From: Leucoraja erinacea
Lineage: Eukaryota
Assembly: GCF_028641065.1 (NCBI RefSeq)
Contig: NC_073389.1
Coordinates: 11,470,001-11,534,000 of the forward strand
Reading direction: 5' to 3'
Length of the DNA: 64,000 nucleotides
The position numbers and the translations under genes were made by a program. How positions within the stretch are numbered: position 1 is the first letter of the stretch; every line of letters starts with the position of its first letter. Of the stretch, positions 10,651 through 24,569 are shown piece after piece. Under the pieces are notes generated by a model. The model was not told the origin of the DNA. It saw only the letters and a list, made by a program, of their open reading frames with translations, and searched no databases.

Positions 10651-13600
10651 ATATACAAGATAAATATTTATTTAACCTTTAATCTATGCCATCTGAGATG
10701 GATAGGAACAGATAAACCATTTCACAACAGGGAGGATTCAACAAGGCGTTCTCATGAGAGCCTTGTTAGAGTAGTTGAAAACAAGGTCCCCAGAATGCCC
10801 TCTTGACCAAACTGACAATCTTCAATTTACGATAAGAAGATTATGAAATCCAGTATTGCGTAAATACATTTATTTTTTACTACAAATATGATTTATTTGG
10901 TAAAATTATGAAACTTATATAAAGATAAAAATATAACGGCTACTCATTTTCAAATAATAAGGTAAATTATAAGGTTGTGCTTGCAAAACCGTTAGGCAGT
11001 GCACATGCGGGCACACAGTATGACAATAATTTGCCTTTTACCATCAGAACCATAGCAACCTCTCGCAGTCATTCTTACTTAAAAAGGAATTTGGATTAGG
11101 AATACAGGGCCAGAATTGTTCTGGCTGTGCCTGCTGTCCGATTTGCCACAGTAATATAAAAACAAAGCCACTTCTATCAATTCAATATAATTTATCTTCT
11201 GTTGTTTTTTTCCTTTCCCCACAGCACACGACTGCACCCAGTACTTATTTTCTGCAAAGATCATGTCCAGTGCCATCTACGAGCAGAGAAAGCAAGGACA
11301 AACATCCGTTTAGTATCTCCATCAGGAGTACAATCTGTATTTCTGTTAAATGCTGAAGATATTTGTTTCAGTTGTTTAAAATATTGCCACAGAAAGATCC
11401 AAAAATTTCCAGATGTGAATCTGCCACTTCAGAGAATATAATCGAAAGGTCAACAGAAAATATAAAATGTGCTGTGAGACATTCTGTTCACAACAACCAT
11501 AATTTCATTTTCTGATGCATGCTCCAAAGAGATCAATTCTATCTGTAAACAAGAGATCTTGTATCGGCTGTTTCTCGTAACATAGAGTACATTATGAATA
11601 ATTAAAATGGTTAAGAGACTGCTTTAAAAATAGTAATCAACTGACTTTTAAAAATACCAATAATCGTTCAACAAAATTCATCATTAAAAGTTATTGCGTA
11701 AATGAAATATTCCCAATTAGAGGATCTACTTGAATTATTTACGGTTTCTTAAACGCTGGATAATTGCGAGCAGATTAGTATTTCAATATTATCAAAGATT
11801 CAGATCTCATTATATTAGCCATTTATACTTAACATTTTCAAGAATGTGATTTAAAAAGATGCAACTTCTTGTTCAGTCTACACTGTAGCCACTCCCCAAT
11901 GCAACATACAGTAGAATGCACCAAAACGTATCAACCATTTTTAAAATTCTGTCGCACACAATTCATGAATAAATTGATAATGTAAGTAAACGGTAGAAAT
12001 ATAATTGAGAACATTCAGAAATGAATATATTCAAATAGTTAAATTGGTTAAAAATATTTCAAATTTTAGCATAAATATGCAATTTCTCTATTTTAAAAGT
12101 GGGTTTGTTGATTGCTTCTTTTTTCAAGCACTTCTGTAATGCCACAGGTTTAGAACTTAGAATATCATAAATTCACACAATTAATACTGTGCCCTTTGGG
12201 CTAAATAGATCTTAAGATTCCAGAATAATTGGTAGGATGGGGAGTAGTGTGGACTAGTGCAAGTGGGTTCTTGATGGTCAACTTGGACTCATTGAGCTAA
12301 AAGGCCAAACCTCCTTATTATGACATTATATTGAAAATTATTTTTTTCGCTGATCGAAAAAATAATCAGAGGTCAAAATTGTTTTGCAAAATGGGCCACG
12401 GAAAATCAGAACTAGATTTAATTATTTATTTGCTTCTTTTTGTTACTGGAACAACCTGGTTAGATCTAAAAGATTTAGAACATTTTAACTTGGCACCTGA
12501 TCAAACTCTATTTTTTGTAGTTAGTAATAGCCAATCATTGATGGAGTATGCTTTTTATACATTTGCAGTACAGAAATAGCCATCTTGTGTTTTTCCTGAT
12601 GCATCCCTTCCCTGTTTTTTTCAGAATGATAATATTTTCTCACAAGGTAATCTGTCACATCACCCTCTTCAATTGCAAGTTTTTATTTGCTGTCTAGATT
12701 GGACACTCAAGGCTCTATTAATTACATCGAGATCTGAATAAAACTTCCTTCAATACCAAATAAAACAATAACCATCTAGTTGTGACGAAGTTCTGCATCA
12801 AAAAAATGTTTCCTCGACGGAATTGTTAATTTGCGGCTTTGGATGTTTTAAATAGAGAGCTGAGAGTTCAAAGGTACTGAAAATGTAATGATTTGTAAAT
12901 GCGGTAGAGAAGACATGCTCAAAGTTCACTTTGTATTGATTATCTATTTAGCTGTGATAATTCTCTCAACCCACTGCTGTCAAAACGTTATCATTGGATT
13001 TGCTGTTGTTGTATATCACAAAATCTCTATCTTGTTATGGCAGTAAAACAATGCTTTGAAGTCTCCTCTTAAAATCTCTGGATAACTATCCCATTCATAC
13101 TTTTCCAGTTTGTTAATCACAGTCTCCAGAGATTTTCCTCCAATCCCAGTTCAACAAATCTGTGCACATTTTCTGCATGACCGCAGACATAACTTTTTTC
13201 CCTCATCATGACATGTGCATTCTCACCTGTTCTGGCTTTTCCTGCCATAATTTGCAAATAATCTGATATTTAGTACAGATGTAGAGCTTTATATTTCCCT
13301 CTGTCATCACAATAGTTAGGGCCTTTGGTCGAAGCTGTTCTCGTGTAAGTAACTTGTTTCACTCCATCAACTTCTAGCAGATATAGGATTAAGGTATGGG
13401 AAACACTGTAGACTGTGGCAACATGTCTTTATAACATTGCTATAATTAAAGCAACAAATGGCACCCGCTACTATACACATCTTGCGTACTATCCTTATTC
13501 AATCATCTCAAGTTCCACACACTATGGCATTACAAACAACAGCATCCTCTTCCAATACAGTATCTCAACTGCTCATGACTCTTAGTTGCAAATTGAGTCC

Positions 13601-13659
13601 ATTAGAACATTTTTTCTGGAATTCCCTACCTAAACTCATCTCTCCATTTTCCTGGAGAA

Positions 13660-14965
13660 ACAAGGAACTACAGATACTGATTTACAAAAAATGGCACAAT
13701 GTGTTAAAGTACCTCAGTGGGTCAGGCAGCATCTCTGGGAAGCATAGATAGGGTCGGGATCCAACTGTGGACTGATTGTGGTGGAAGGGAAAGAAAGCTG
13801 GACGAAAGGATGGCCAGGACAAAGCCTGACAAGTAATGGGTGGTTACAGGCGAGGGGGGGTTGATCGGCAGATGGCTAGACAGAGGTAAAAAGGCACAAA
13901 CCCTCCGACTTCCACATTTATCTGGACTACACCTCCTCCCGCCAGCCTCTTCAAAGATGTAATTCCCTACTCACTATACTTCAATTTCTGCTGTACCTGC
14001 TTACAAGATGAGGCTTTCCATTCTAGGATCAAGATGTCCTCTATTTGTTTTAGTAATTGTGGTTCCTCACTGCTACCATATGTGTATCCCTCACCCGCTT
14101 CTTGTCCGTGCCCAGTAGTTCTGCTCATGCTCCCCCTCCTCCAGGTGGAACATGGATAGACATCCCATGATCCTCACCTGGCACTTCAATCGTGGCTGCA
14201 TCCAACACACCATTCTCCAACACATCATGTTGGGATCACCTCCAACATGATCCAAACACCAGTCACATCTTCCAATCCCCTTTCCGCCTTCCGCAGAGAC
14301 CAACTCCGCGGCTCACTCATCCCTTCCCACCCAAACCAACCCTTTCCCACATTATTTCTCCAGCAACCGCAAGATATTCAACACCTCGCCCTGTACCTCC
14401 TGATATCCACCCAGCATTTGGTCCACATGAGACAGAGGTTTATATTCATCTACTGCATCTGGTGTTTCTGATGTGGCCTCCACTGCACCTTCGGATGCAT
14501 GTGACAAATAAAATTGACTTTGACTTTGCATCGACAAGACCAAAAAATCGGTGACGTTTCATTCTACACTTGTGTTCGGTCTGCCAAGTTGCTTACCATT
14601 CCAACTCTCCATTCCATTCTGACCTTTCTGTCCTGGGCCTCTTCCATTCCCAGAGTAAGGCCACACGCAAGCAATTTTATATGTCAACCTGCAACACCCC
14701 TCCCCCACCCCGTGCCCACTCATTTCTTCCCTCTATCTATATTCCTTACTCTGGCTTCACAATTATCAACTATTCAATCCATTTGTCTCATACCTTTTGA
14801 CCAACCATCTGCCTGTCAACCTGTCACTTGCCAGGCTTTGCCCTGCACCTCCTCTCTACCAGCTTTCTGCCCCCCACCACAATCAGTCTAAATAAGGGTC
14901 CCGACCCGAAACATCATGGTCTCCAGAGATGCTGTCTGATCCACTGAGTTACTCCAGCACTTTGT
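13660..14965 (+). mobile_element. Degenerate Penelope-like element flanked by inverted terminal repeats
   Basis: Eroded RQRF..IYCIWC GIY-YIG motif at 14430-14480; terminal repeat copies at 13660-13790 and 14880-14965 in opposite orientation. Confidence 0.75.
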
Positions 14966-16246
14966 AAATTTTCTTTCTCCATTTTACCTTTATTCTTTAA
15001 TTTCACCAAACTATTAGTTAACCATTCCAATATCCTTTGTTGACTGTGTTAATTCTTGACTGTCTACATTTTGGTGAAGCTTCATGAGATATTTTCATTA
15101 CAATTACACCAATGTCTGTCCTACTGGTTAGTAATAGCCTTATTCAAGGAATTCTATTAACAATGGTTTTAAATTTCTCCCGAATCACCCTCTCTACAGG
15201 TTGGTAGGTTAATTGGCCACTATAAATTATCTCAATTGTGTAAATGAACGATAGAATCAAGAGTAGTGAATAAAATGGGATTAGTGTAGGACTCGTCTAA
15301 GTAGGTGCTTGATGGTCAGCTTGGTCTTATTGAACCAAAAGGCATGTCTCCGTGCTACATCACTGCATGACTCTCTGACAGTTAATCTCAGCTCTTTCTT
15401 TTCCTAGACTTATGTGTTTCCATTAACAAATTGTAGGAGCAATTTATTTAAAGCTAACCTCAAAAGCTAACTTTTGATTAACGTATAAAAATCTTTCATA
15501 TTAAATCTAATGCAATTTTACATATTAAAGTTATTAAAAAATATTTTTTCTCTGGACACTGGCAGACGCTAAGATCCCCAGCAAAATGTTACAAAATCAC
15601 AATTTTGATATCACACATCAGACCTGTCATGGGATTTTTCTATTTCCTATTCATCCAAAGCAGGTTCTCAGCCAAGAGGTTGGGAAGAAAAAGTAACTAT
15701 GAAATTGTTGCTTATGTAAATTTTCATATTTTAATTAAAACATGCTAATTAAAACAATTAAATATTTTTGACCAATTCAAAGCCAATTTAATCATTTTTA
15801 AGGATCTCTCACTATTGAATAATTTTAACAATATTCCATCTGAGACCCACTATACCTCCTAGATTTAGAAGGGCAGCTCCATCAAACCATTGCATCCAGC
15901 ACAATTAAAAACCACAGCTGGCGATCCGGATTCAAATTAATTCCACCTTAATTTATCTATAAACTCTTTAAAGGGATGTTTATGCCCACACGTGGCTGTG
16001 CCATCTTTTTATCTTGTCTTCCTCATCTGTAATGATATCCCTGCTTGATAAATGGGTATACAAAAAACATTTTTTATATTCAGTTTCTATCTAAAATTGT
16101 GTTTAGTAGTTTTAAGTTTGTAGTTTTCTGTATCTACCTTTTGGGAAGTTATGTAGTGAAGTGCTGGCTGTTTATTCTTCATATTCTGCTAATTCACTAA
16201 AATTGAGGATTATATCAAACTAATCACTTAAATGGTTGAGATGTTT

Positions 16247-16516
16247 AAGAAAGAACAGCAGATGCTGGAAAAACTGAAAGTAGACAAAAATGCTGGAGAA
16301 ACTCAGCAGGTGAGGCAGCATCTATGGAGAAAAGGAGTAGGTGACCTTCAGAATGATGTCGGGGGGGGGGGAAGAAAGGAAGAGGTGGAGACAGTAGGCT
16401 ATGTGGGAGACCTGGGAAGGGGGAGGATCTGAAGAAGGGTCTCAACACAAAATATTGCCTACTTTTCTGCATAGATGCTGCCTCGCCCGCTGAGTTTCTC
16501 CAGGATTTTTTGTCTG
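16247..16516. mobile_element. Penelope-type inverted terminal-repeat insertion with a ~20-bp direct flank
   Basis: CTTAAATGGTTGA(G/A)ATGTTT at 16227-16246 and 16517-16536; inverted arms inside. Confidence 0.8.
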
Positions 16517-16598
16517 CTTAAATGGTTGAAATGTTTTCTGTAACGATGCATCAATGGAATAAAAATCAATGCTTCACTTACAAACTGTATTGAAAATA

Positions 16599-17156
16599 CA
16601 GTATATCTTAGTTATAATGGACCTAAGGGGGAGAGGAGGAGGGAAATGGTTTCTGCCAATTGTCCATTATAACAGAGTATGGTATTATCACTTTGTCTGC
16701 TCCACACATCGAAAGTAGAGTATGCCAGTGACTCCAGGGGAGGAGGAGGGTGGCGGTGGAAGGAGTGGGGGGAGGATGGAAGATGTTGAATGGACCGAAC
16801 GACAGGAGGAGGAGTAGTAGGAGGAGGCGGTTGAGCAGGAAGGGAACAAAGCGACGGGCCAACAGGAAGCAACAGCAGCAGGTGGGAGGGGAGGGAGCTC
16901 CAAGGTGATCGAGCGTGTCTGGTCGGTGGCAGCAGCCTGAAGAAAACGCTCTTCCCAGGGGTTACAACACGAGCCATGTCAACTATGCAATAGGTGAAGA
17001 AGAGCTCGCTGGTGCACCTTGCGAGAGATGGGTGGCGTCAAAAGCCAAGGCTCTAAGCGGCCTGGGAGACGGTTCAAGCTGGCTGTGGCATCGGCAGGTC
17101 CATCTGATATATCCAAAATCCATTATGAAGTGGTCCATTAAAACACGGGTTTACTG
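16599..17156. mobile_element. Tc1/mariner (Tigger/pogo-like) MITE
   Basis: TA|CAGT...ACTG|TA ends with imperfect TIRs (GTTATAATGGACC / GGTCCATTAAAAC). Confidence 0.65.
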
Positions 17157-17379
17157 TATTTACAATATGTACCATTAAAAATAATCCCACGTTGTGGGAA
17201 TTAAATTAGTAAATGGACAAATAAATACTACTACTGAAAAATGGAAAACCCTGAACACCCTTTATTGACAACACCTACATTGATCAAGGCATTTTCAATA
17301 AATATTTAAAAATCTTACTTCAACAAATTCCATTGCTTTGGCGAGTTGGATTACAGAAAGTCCCAAGGCTTTTTATACC

Positions 17380-18700
17380 TACATTAAAACAGGAGGACAA
17401 TGAAGGCGAAGATAGGAGGTCGCTCAAGGATAAAGGAGGAAATTTGTCATTGGAGTCTGGGAATGGAGGCGAGATACTAAACATGTACTTTACATCTGTT
17501 TTCACCAAGGAGAGGGTCATGGAGGACAACGAGATCGGTGTGGAGTATATTAATATGCAAATTCAGTTTGAGATTACAAAGGAGGAGGAAATGTTGCTCT
17601 TGAAGAGCATTAGGTGGATAATTCACCAGGACCTAATGGGATATACCCCAAGTTGTCTTGATGAAGATCTTTGCGTCTTCTCTAGCCACAGGTGAGGTCC
17701 TGGATGACTGGAGAGTAGCTTATGTTATTCCTTTGGGAAGTAGAGAGAATCCAGGGAATTATGGATGGGTGAGTCTCACATCAGTGATAGGGAAGCTTTG
17801 GATGAGGATTCTTCGAGATAGGATTTGGAAGAGAATTAGTTAATTAGGGTCATTTAGTATGGCTTTGTAGAGGCAGGTCGTGCTTTAGGCTGAATATATA
17901 TAAAATATGAAAAAATGACTGACATAAATATAAATGGGTTGTTTAATAAGTTGCAAATGACACCAAGATTTGTTGGGCTCACGGCTTGAGAAGAACGCTG
18001 TCAAATTAAATGATGGGATGTAGATCAACTACAGAAATGGGCGGAGAAATGGCAGATGGAGTTTAATCCAAGCAAGTGTGAGATGTTGCAATCTGGGAGG
18101 TCGAATGTGAGGGGAAATATACAATTAATGGAAAGACCCTTAGCAGCACAGATGCACAGAGGGATCTTGAGCTCCAACTACATGACTCACTGAAAGTAGC
18201 AACACAAGTAGATAGAGTGGCAAAGGTGGATATGGTGTGCTTGCCTTTATAGGTCGGAGCATTATTAAAGTCAGGAACTCATGCTAAAGCTTTATAGGAC
18301 TTTGTTTAGGCCACATTTGGAGTATTATGTACAGTTGTGGTTGTCCCATTACAAGAAGGATGTAGAGGCTTCAGAGGCTGCAGTGGAAGTTTACTTGAAT
18401 GATGCCTGGATTCGGGGTCAGGGTAGAATGCCGGAACTCTTTTCCCAGGATTGAAATATCAAATAGTGGAAGGCATAGCTTTAAGGTGAGAGGTGCAGAG
18501 TTTGAAATGGATGTGCGGGGCAAGTTTAATTTTACACAGAGGTGGTGAGTGCGTGGAACGTGCTGCCAGGAATGGTGGTTGATGCAGATATGAGTGTTGT
18601 ATTTAAGAGACTTTTATATAGGCATATAGAAATGCAGGGAATGGAGGGAATATGGATTATGTGCAGACATACAAGAGTTGTGCTTGGCATCATGTTCATA
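17380..18700 (+). mobile_element. Degenerate CR1-type LINE ORF2
   Basis: ILNMYFTSVFTKE, SLATGEVLDDWRVAYVIPL...PGNY..VSLTSVIGKL, downstream RT and tail remnants. Confidence 0.85.
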
Positions 18701-18869
18701 AAATAAATCTTTAAAATGCAGAGATTCAACATTAGTAACATATGAAGCATGGCCTTCGGTCTGTGAATTTAGCTAGCAAATGACTCACATGGACGGAAGA
18801 CCACTATCCACCTCTTCTTCTTCAGCATTAATCCAGCGTACGTCAATCTCCTTTTGAAACTGAACACCA

Positions 18870-19790
18870 TCACACGTATCTTCACTGTGTCTCTAGTTCT
18901 TGCTCTCGTTCCTCCCCCCCCAGACGCAACAAGGACAGAGTTCCCTGGTCCTCACCTTTCACCCCACCAACCTCTGCATCCAACATCGACATTTCCGTCA
19001 TCTCCTACGTGATCCCACCACTAATCACATCTTCCCATCTCCACCTGTTTCTACTTTCCTCAGAGACTGCTCCCTCTACAACTCCCTGCTTGACTCATTC
19101 CTTCCCACCTAAACCACCCCCACTCCAGGTACTTTCTCCTGCAACCGCAGGAGATGCAACACCTGTCCTTATACCTCCTGCCTCAACTACATCCAGGAAC
19201 CCCGACTGACCTTTCAGGTGAGACAGAGGTTCACATGTACCTCTTCTAACATCATCTACTACATCCGGTGTTTCCAATGTGGGCTTCTGTACATCGACGA
19301 GACCAAATGTAGACTCGGTGACTGTTTCGCTGCACACTTGCCCTTGGTCTGTCGAGGCCTATGGGATCTCCAGGTTGCTAACCATTTCAACTCCCCTTCC
19401 CATATTGATCTTTCTGTTCTGGGTGTCCTCCATTGCTAGAGTGAGGCCTATTAGAGGCCTATTAGAGGAACAACACCTCATATTTCCTTTGGGAAATATG
19501 AGGTCTTACGTTAAATTTTCTAATTTTAAGCAACTTCTGCTAACACCCTCCTCCCCGTTCCGCTTCCTCCACCCTAATCGTTTAACCAGTTCCACAGTTT
19601 GCCATAATGTATCTCTTTTGAGATCACACCTTCCCTTGCCAATGACTGGCCCACCAAAGCTCCACCCTGCTAGAGGTCACCTGCTGCCCACCCTGATTTG
19701 TCCTGGTCATCTCCCCCCTTCCCCCACTTACAGTCTGAGGAACGGTCCCGACCCAAAATGTCACTTATTACTCCAGCACTTTCTGTCTAC
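18870..19790 (+). mobile_element. Penelope-like element 3' part (GIY-YIG plus terminal repeat)
   Basis: RQRFTCTSSNIIYYIRCFQCGLLYIDETKCRLGDCFAAHL. Confidence 0.85.
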
Positions 19791-21464
19791 TATCACATCG
19801 TAGATAGAAGTTCATACATCAGGATTTCCCACTTGCAGTGTGCATTAGCATTTAATTGCTTGAAGATGTAACGCCATTCCAAGACTTGAACTAGTGTGGT
19901 CAGAGAGAGGGAGCTGGAGCCAGGGTGAAGTAGGAGACTACTGTTGTGAAGTTGTAGATGTTAGATTGATATAATGCTAGTATTAACTTGGAAACAAGAG
20001 AAAAACAAATTTTAAATAGTGGATGGGTAAATGGAAGAATTGTGCCACATTGAAATGGACAGGAGAGCCAAGAAAATTGTCAGTTAGCTTTGAAGGATAG
20101 TCAAGAATAGTGCTAATCTATTTCTAAGGCACAAAGGATAAGGATAGCTACCAAAAAATGCAAGCTCAGCCTGCTACATATCACCATGCTGTTATTAGTC
20201 TCTTTAAAGGGCTGTTTTTTGAGGCTTCTCAATTTAGTAGATCACATCACTAATATTCAGCTGCTCATGTTATTAAATTTCAAATTTAAACAGACCTAAT
20301 TTAAGTACAGGACGTGTTAAATGTCAGATGCCAGTACCACCATTGAAAAATCCATCAAGCAGCATTAGCAGGACAAAGGCAGATGGACATGCCAAAACAT
20401 GTATTACCAATTCATATCCACAGCAACCTCGCCCACAGAAAACGGTGGGCATAAATGAGGTACATAGAATAGAACTTCTATATTCCATACCTGGTTATGA
20501 ATAGTCACTTGATCCCTGCTATACCAGACGTAGAAGCTTTACAATTGGTTCAGTCCCTAGACTGAAGCAATGTGGGGAAAAACAGTCATAAACGGAAACT
20601 TCTGCTCATTTGTTAAATTACCCAGATAGCAAGGATTACTTCCAACGTCGAATGATGCTCAGGAAATACACTCACAAATGAAGAAAGAAAATTTGGGTGA
20701 GATAACCTGTGGAATTATGCGTATCAACAGCTCGCTCCTTTTGGAAAACTAGTAAGATAATGGCAAACAATCTTTTTGTGTCATAGGGAAACTGAATATA
20801 GTGATGCTCCAATTTGAATACTGATGATCATAGAGAAAATCTAAGCATACATTTCACAATTGTATGAATGCAACTAAGCAATAAGATACTAATCAAACCT
20901 GATTCAAATAACCATTTTCCAATCCTTGATCACAATGTTTTGCAATGAGTGGTCATTCAACCAAAAATAGTATTAACAACAGTTTCAGGCAATACAAATA
21001 TACAAAGAATCTATGCAATAAATAGCTGGGGGAAAGTATTTTCAAAAAATTTCTAAAATGAAAACGAACAACTTACATATGAAGTTGTCAAATTTGGTGA
21101 ATACAGCTATGGTTTCTTGCAATGCAAGTCATGAACTAATCGCATAATCAAAGATTTGGAAGCTCCTAATACACACATACATTAACATATTATCCAAAAT
21201 AAATGCAAGAAATACTGTAGAAGTTACATCATCTTTTGACTGAACACGGAAAATAAAAAATGATTTCTGAATTGATCTTTTAAAATAAGAGCGAAATTAC
21301 GAGGGCTCTAGTCATCTTTGTACATTAATTTTCTGTGAAACACTTTTTGGTGGGTATGGAGTCTAATTTTACCTATTATGTTTATCTGCTTGGCAAAATT
21401 CCTTCCAATTTAGCATAATGAGGAAGAATGGATAAATGAATGAACGAACTAACTAATTAACTTC

Positions 21465-21935
21465 CGGAAGGCAGGCCTGACTCGCCCGCCGCGGGCTGAT
21501 GCTGGAAGAGGACCGGCCCGCAGCGGACCGACGATGGAGGAGGACCCGGCCTGTGAATCGCCCCCAAGCCACTGGCGCTGACAGGAGCAGAGCAAACTAA
21601 GAGTGAGGAGGGACTGAGAGCCATGTGGGCCAGCCAGAGCGAGGTGAACTGCCAAGAGAAATGGGGGATGGGGGGGGGGGATCCAGTGTGAGGCCACCGA
21701 GACCAATGGGGTGGAACCAGCGTGGGGGGAGGGGGGTGTGAGAGGAATGGCGAGACCCGGCGAGAACGAAGGGGGAACGCCTGCCGTCCCGTGCAGCAGC
21801 AAGCAGTAGATTTGTTCTGTTCAGTACTTTTGTAACTTTATCAACACATGGTGACACGTGTACTACCTAGGTTGTATGCAAAACAAAGCATTTCATTGTA
21901 TCTAGGTACATGTGACAATAATGCATCTTTCAATC
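21465..21935 (+). mobile_element. GC-rich non-autonomous retroposon with a Rex1-like 3' tail
   Basis: Tail TGTATGCAAAACAAAGCATTTCATTGTATCTAGGTACATGTGACAATAA resembles tails at ~30540 and ~61460-61500 (minus). Confidence 0.5.
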
Positions 21936-22357
21936 ATAGAAAAACAGGCTCCTCATCCCATTAAATCCATCCTGTCCATCAGCTACAATTTACACTCATC
22001 CAACGTTAATGCCATTATTTTATTCTCCCCACATTCTCATAAAATTCCCCGCAGAACCTACCACTTAATTGCCTATATTAGGGACAATTCTGAGTGGCCA
22101 AATACCCTACCTGATATTTTTGGAAATATGGGAGGAAACCACAGCACGCTGAGGGATGATGTACATTCTACATACAGCCAGCACTGGAAGTCAGGTTTGA
22201 TCCTGGGTACCTGGCACTGTAAGGCATCAACTCTATAAGATGTAAACTAAATGATAAATTAGATAGGGAGCTTCCCCAGAAAATTACCCTGTGCTGTGCA
22301 ATCTTTTCTTAAAAGGGTAATTGTTTGAAGATCCATAGAACAATGCTTATGCTTTAC

Positions 22358-22603
22358 CTGAGAGATGAGTCTTCTCCTGACTTTGGGCACAGAGCTGGAA
22401 AATTGTGAAAAGAAGATCCTCAGCTGAAGACATCTGCAAACATCCCTTGATGGAACAGAAAAAGTTGGATGCCAAATCACAAATGAAAGAGAGCGAAGGC
22501 TCCATAACTCCAGTTTTAGTTAGGTCCTCAGATAGATCCTTCGAAAGTGCACGGTGGAGTCGGTCAATTATTCTTTCTATATACATTTCAGCAATCATGA
22601 ATT
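22358..22603 (-). CDS. LTN1: LTN1 exon 13 ([17 protein letters not shown]...QEKTHLS)
   Basis: ORF 22347-22613; 246 nt; phase 1 at both ends. Confidence 0.94.
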
Positions 22604-23139
22604 CTATAAACAAAACAGTAAATGAAATGATTACAATATATTACCAAGACATACATCCTCCAAATATAAATGTTTGATGTTGGCTATTACACATTAATCA
22701 GCAAATAAAATATTCAAGATAATCATAAAGTGTTTGGTTCTCTTGAACCACGTAATAAACCATGAGTAAACAGGCTGACTGAGTTTGCTGTTCTACGGTG
22801 CATGAGCAGCATTTCATGATCTGCTTTGAAGACTTCTGTTCCATTAATCTAAGTAAACAGGATAGTCATCTGGTCAACAGATCGTGAGCTCACTTATTGG
22901 TCGTATTTTGTATTTGCATTAGAATGCACAAAAATAAGTTTTTGAATACATCATGAAGATTTTTTTTAAGTCAATCATGTTTACAAGGGGTGATTGAAGT
23001 CTTATTTCTAACATGTACAGCAGATCAACCTTCTGTTCCTTTGCTTGTACATTACCATCTTTTATCATCTTGCATCATCCGTTTTAAATAATTTAACTTT
23101 TTTTGTAATCTATCTATAATAGTTTCCTTCCTCTCACAT

Positions 23140-23990
23140 TTAGAGTCAGAGTAATACAGCTTAGATGGCACAGAAACAGGCCCTTCATCCTAACTTATCC
23201 ATGCCGACCGTTGCCTAACCAAGCTATTTCCACTGCCTATGCCTGGACTATATCCCTGCAGTCCTTTCCTATCCATGTACCTTTCCAAGTATCTATTAAA
23301 ATGTTATAATTGTCCCCGCCTCTACTACTTCCTCTCACAGATCATTCCATACATGCACCATGCTGTGCGTGGAAAAAGTTGCCCTTCAGGTCCCTTTTAA
23401 ATCGTTCCCCTCTCAAACTAAACCAATGGCCTCTTGTTTTATACTACTGCACACTGGGGAAAAGACTGACGTCACCTCTTCCATGTCATTCATGATTTTA
23501 TAAACATCTATAAGGTCACCTCCGATACTCCCAAGAGAAAAAGTCCTAGCTTATCCAGCCTCCAAATCCTTCAGACCCGGTAACATCCTCGTAAATCTTT
23601 TGTGCACACTTTCCAATATTAAGACATCCTTTCAATAGCAGGACAACAAGAACTGTGCACTGTACTTGGAACTAGGGCTTACCAATAACTTTTACAGCTG
23701 TAACATGGCGTATCAACTTCAGTACTCAATATTCCATGAAGCCAAGCGTACCAAATGCCTTCTTTACCACTTTATCCACCCGTATTATCACTTTCATGGA
23801 ATGGTACACCTGCTCTAAGTTTTCTTACTAAAATGCAACACTTCACAGTTATACAAATTAAACTCCATCTGCCATGCCTCAGCCCACTGATTCCTGCAGC
23901 ACACCACTGTTACTGGTCTCCAATGTGAAAAAACACTTCTCTACTGCCATCCATGGTCTCCTACCTTCAAACAAATTTGTATCCATATGG
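23140..23990 (-). mobile_element. Degenerate CR1-type LINE 3' region
   Basis: Reverse complement of the CR1 tail (CAGGCCCTTC...ATCCATG) and RT-end remnants. Confidence 0.75.
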
Positions 23991-24379
23991 AAAGCTGGCC
24001 CTGGATCCCACGAGATCTCACCATTCAGACCAGTAAAACTATGCAATCTATAAATATGCAATCCTTTTCACCTTGCTCTGCTTCATCAACCCAAGTTAAT
24101 ACCACTGTTTCGCTTGCTGAAAATATAATTTCATCTGAATATTCCCAGTATGTTTTTTTACAGTTCCATTCTTTAACTGTAAAATGCTGTGTTATTTCAC
24201 TCAAATTTCTTAATTCTCAATGTTAAGAATCTGTTCTGATTTCCTCCACCAGAGAAAATAAGCATGTTATCTACCATATTAAATCCTTAAGTATTTTATA
24301 CAGCTTGTCTAGTTAAGGTGGCTAAACTTGAGGAAATACAAATTTTAAAGAACTCCGGTTTGAAGGCCTCTTTACTCAC

Positions 24380-24569
24380 CATTATTGGTGTGTTTGGACA
24401 GAGCAAAGCCAAGTAGCATCCAGTTATTTGAGTCATGCTTTCTTGGCAAAGAACCTGTTGTCATTGCCATTGTGCAGAGCTCATCCGCTAACAGGACAAG
24501 TTTCTCGCCCAAAACATCTCCTTTTAACCAATCAGATATAGCAACATACTTAATTGGATCCACACAAGC
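24380..24569 (-). CDS. LTN1: LTN1 exon 12 (ACVDPIKYVAISDWLKGDVLGEKLV...SKHTNN)
   Basis: ORF 24372-24563; 190 nt; donor GTGAGT. Confidence 0.94.

Noticed and set aside
12780-13380. Possible second nested coding exon or old LINE endonuclease (minus-strand ILRGDFKA)
   Set aside because: Multiple stops, no consistent splice sites and only a single weak motif; not supportable.
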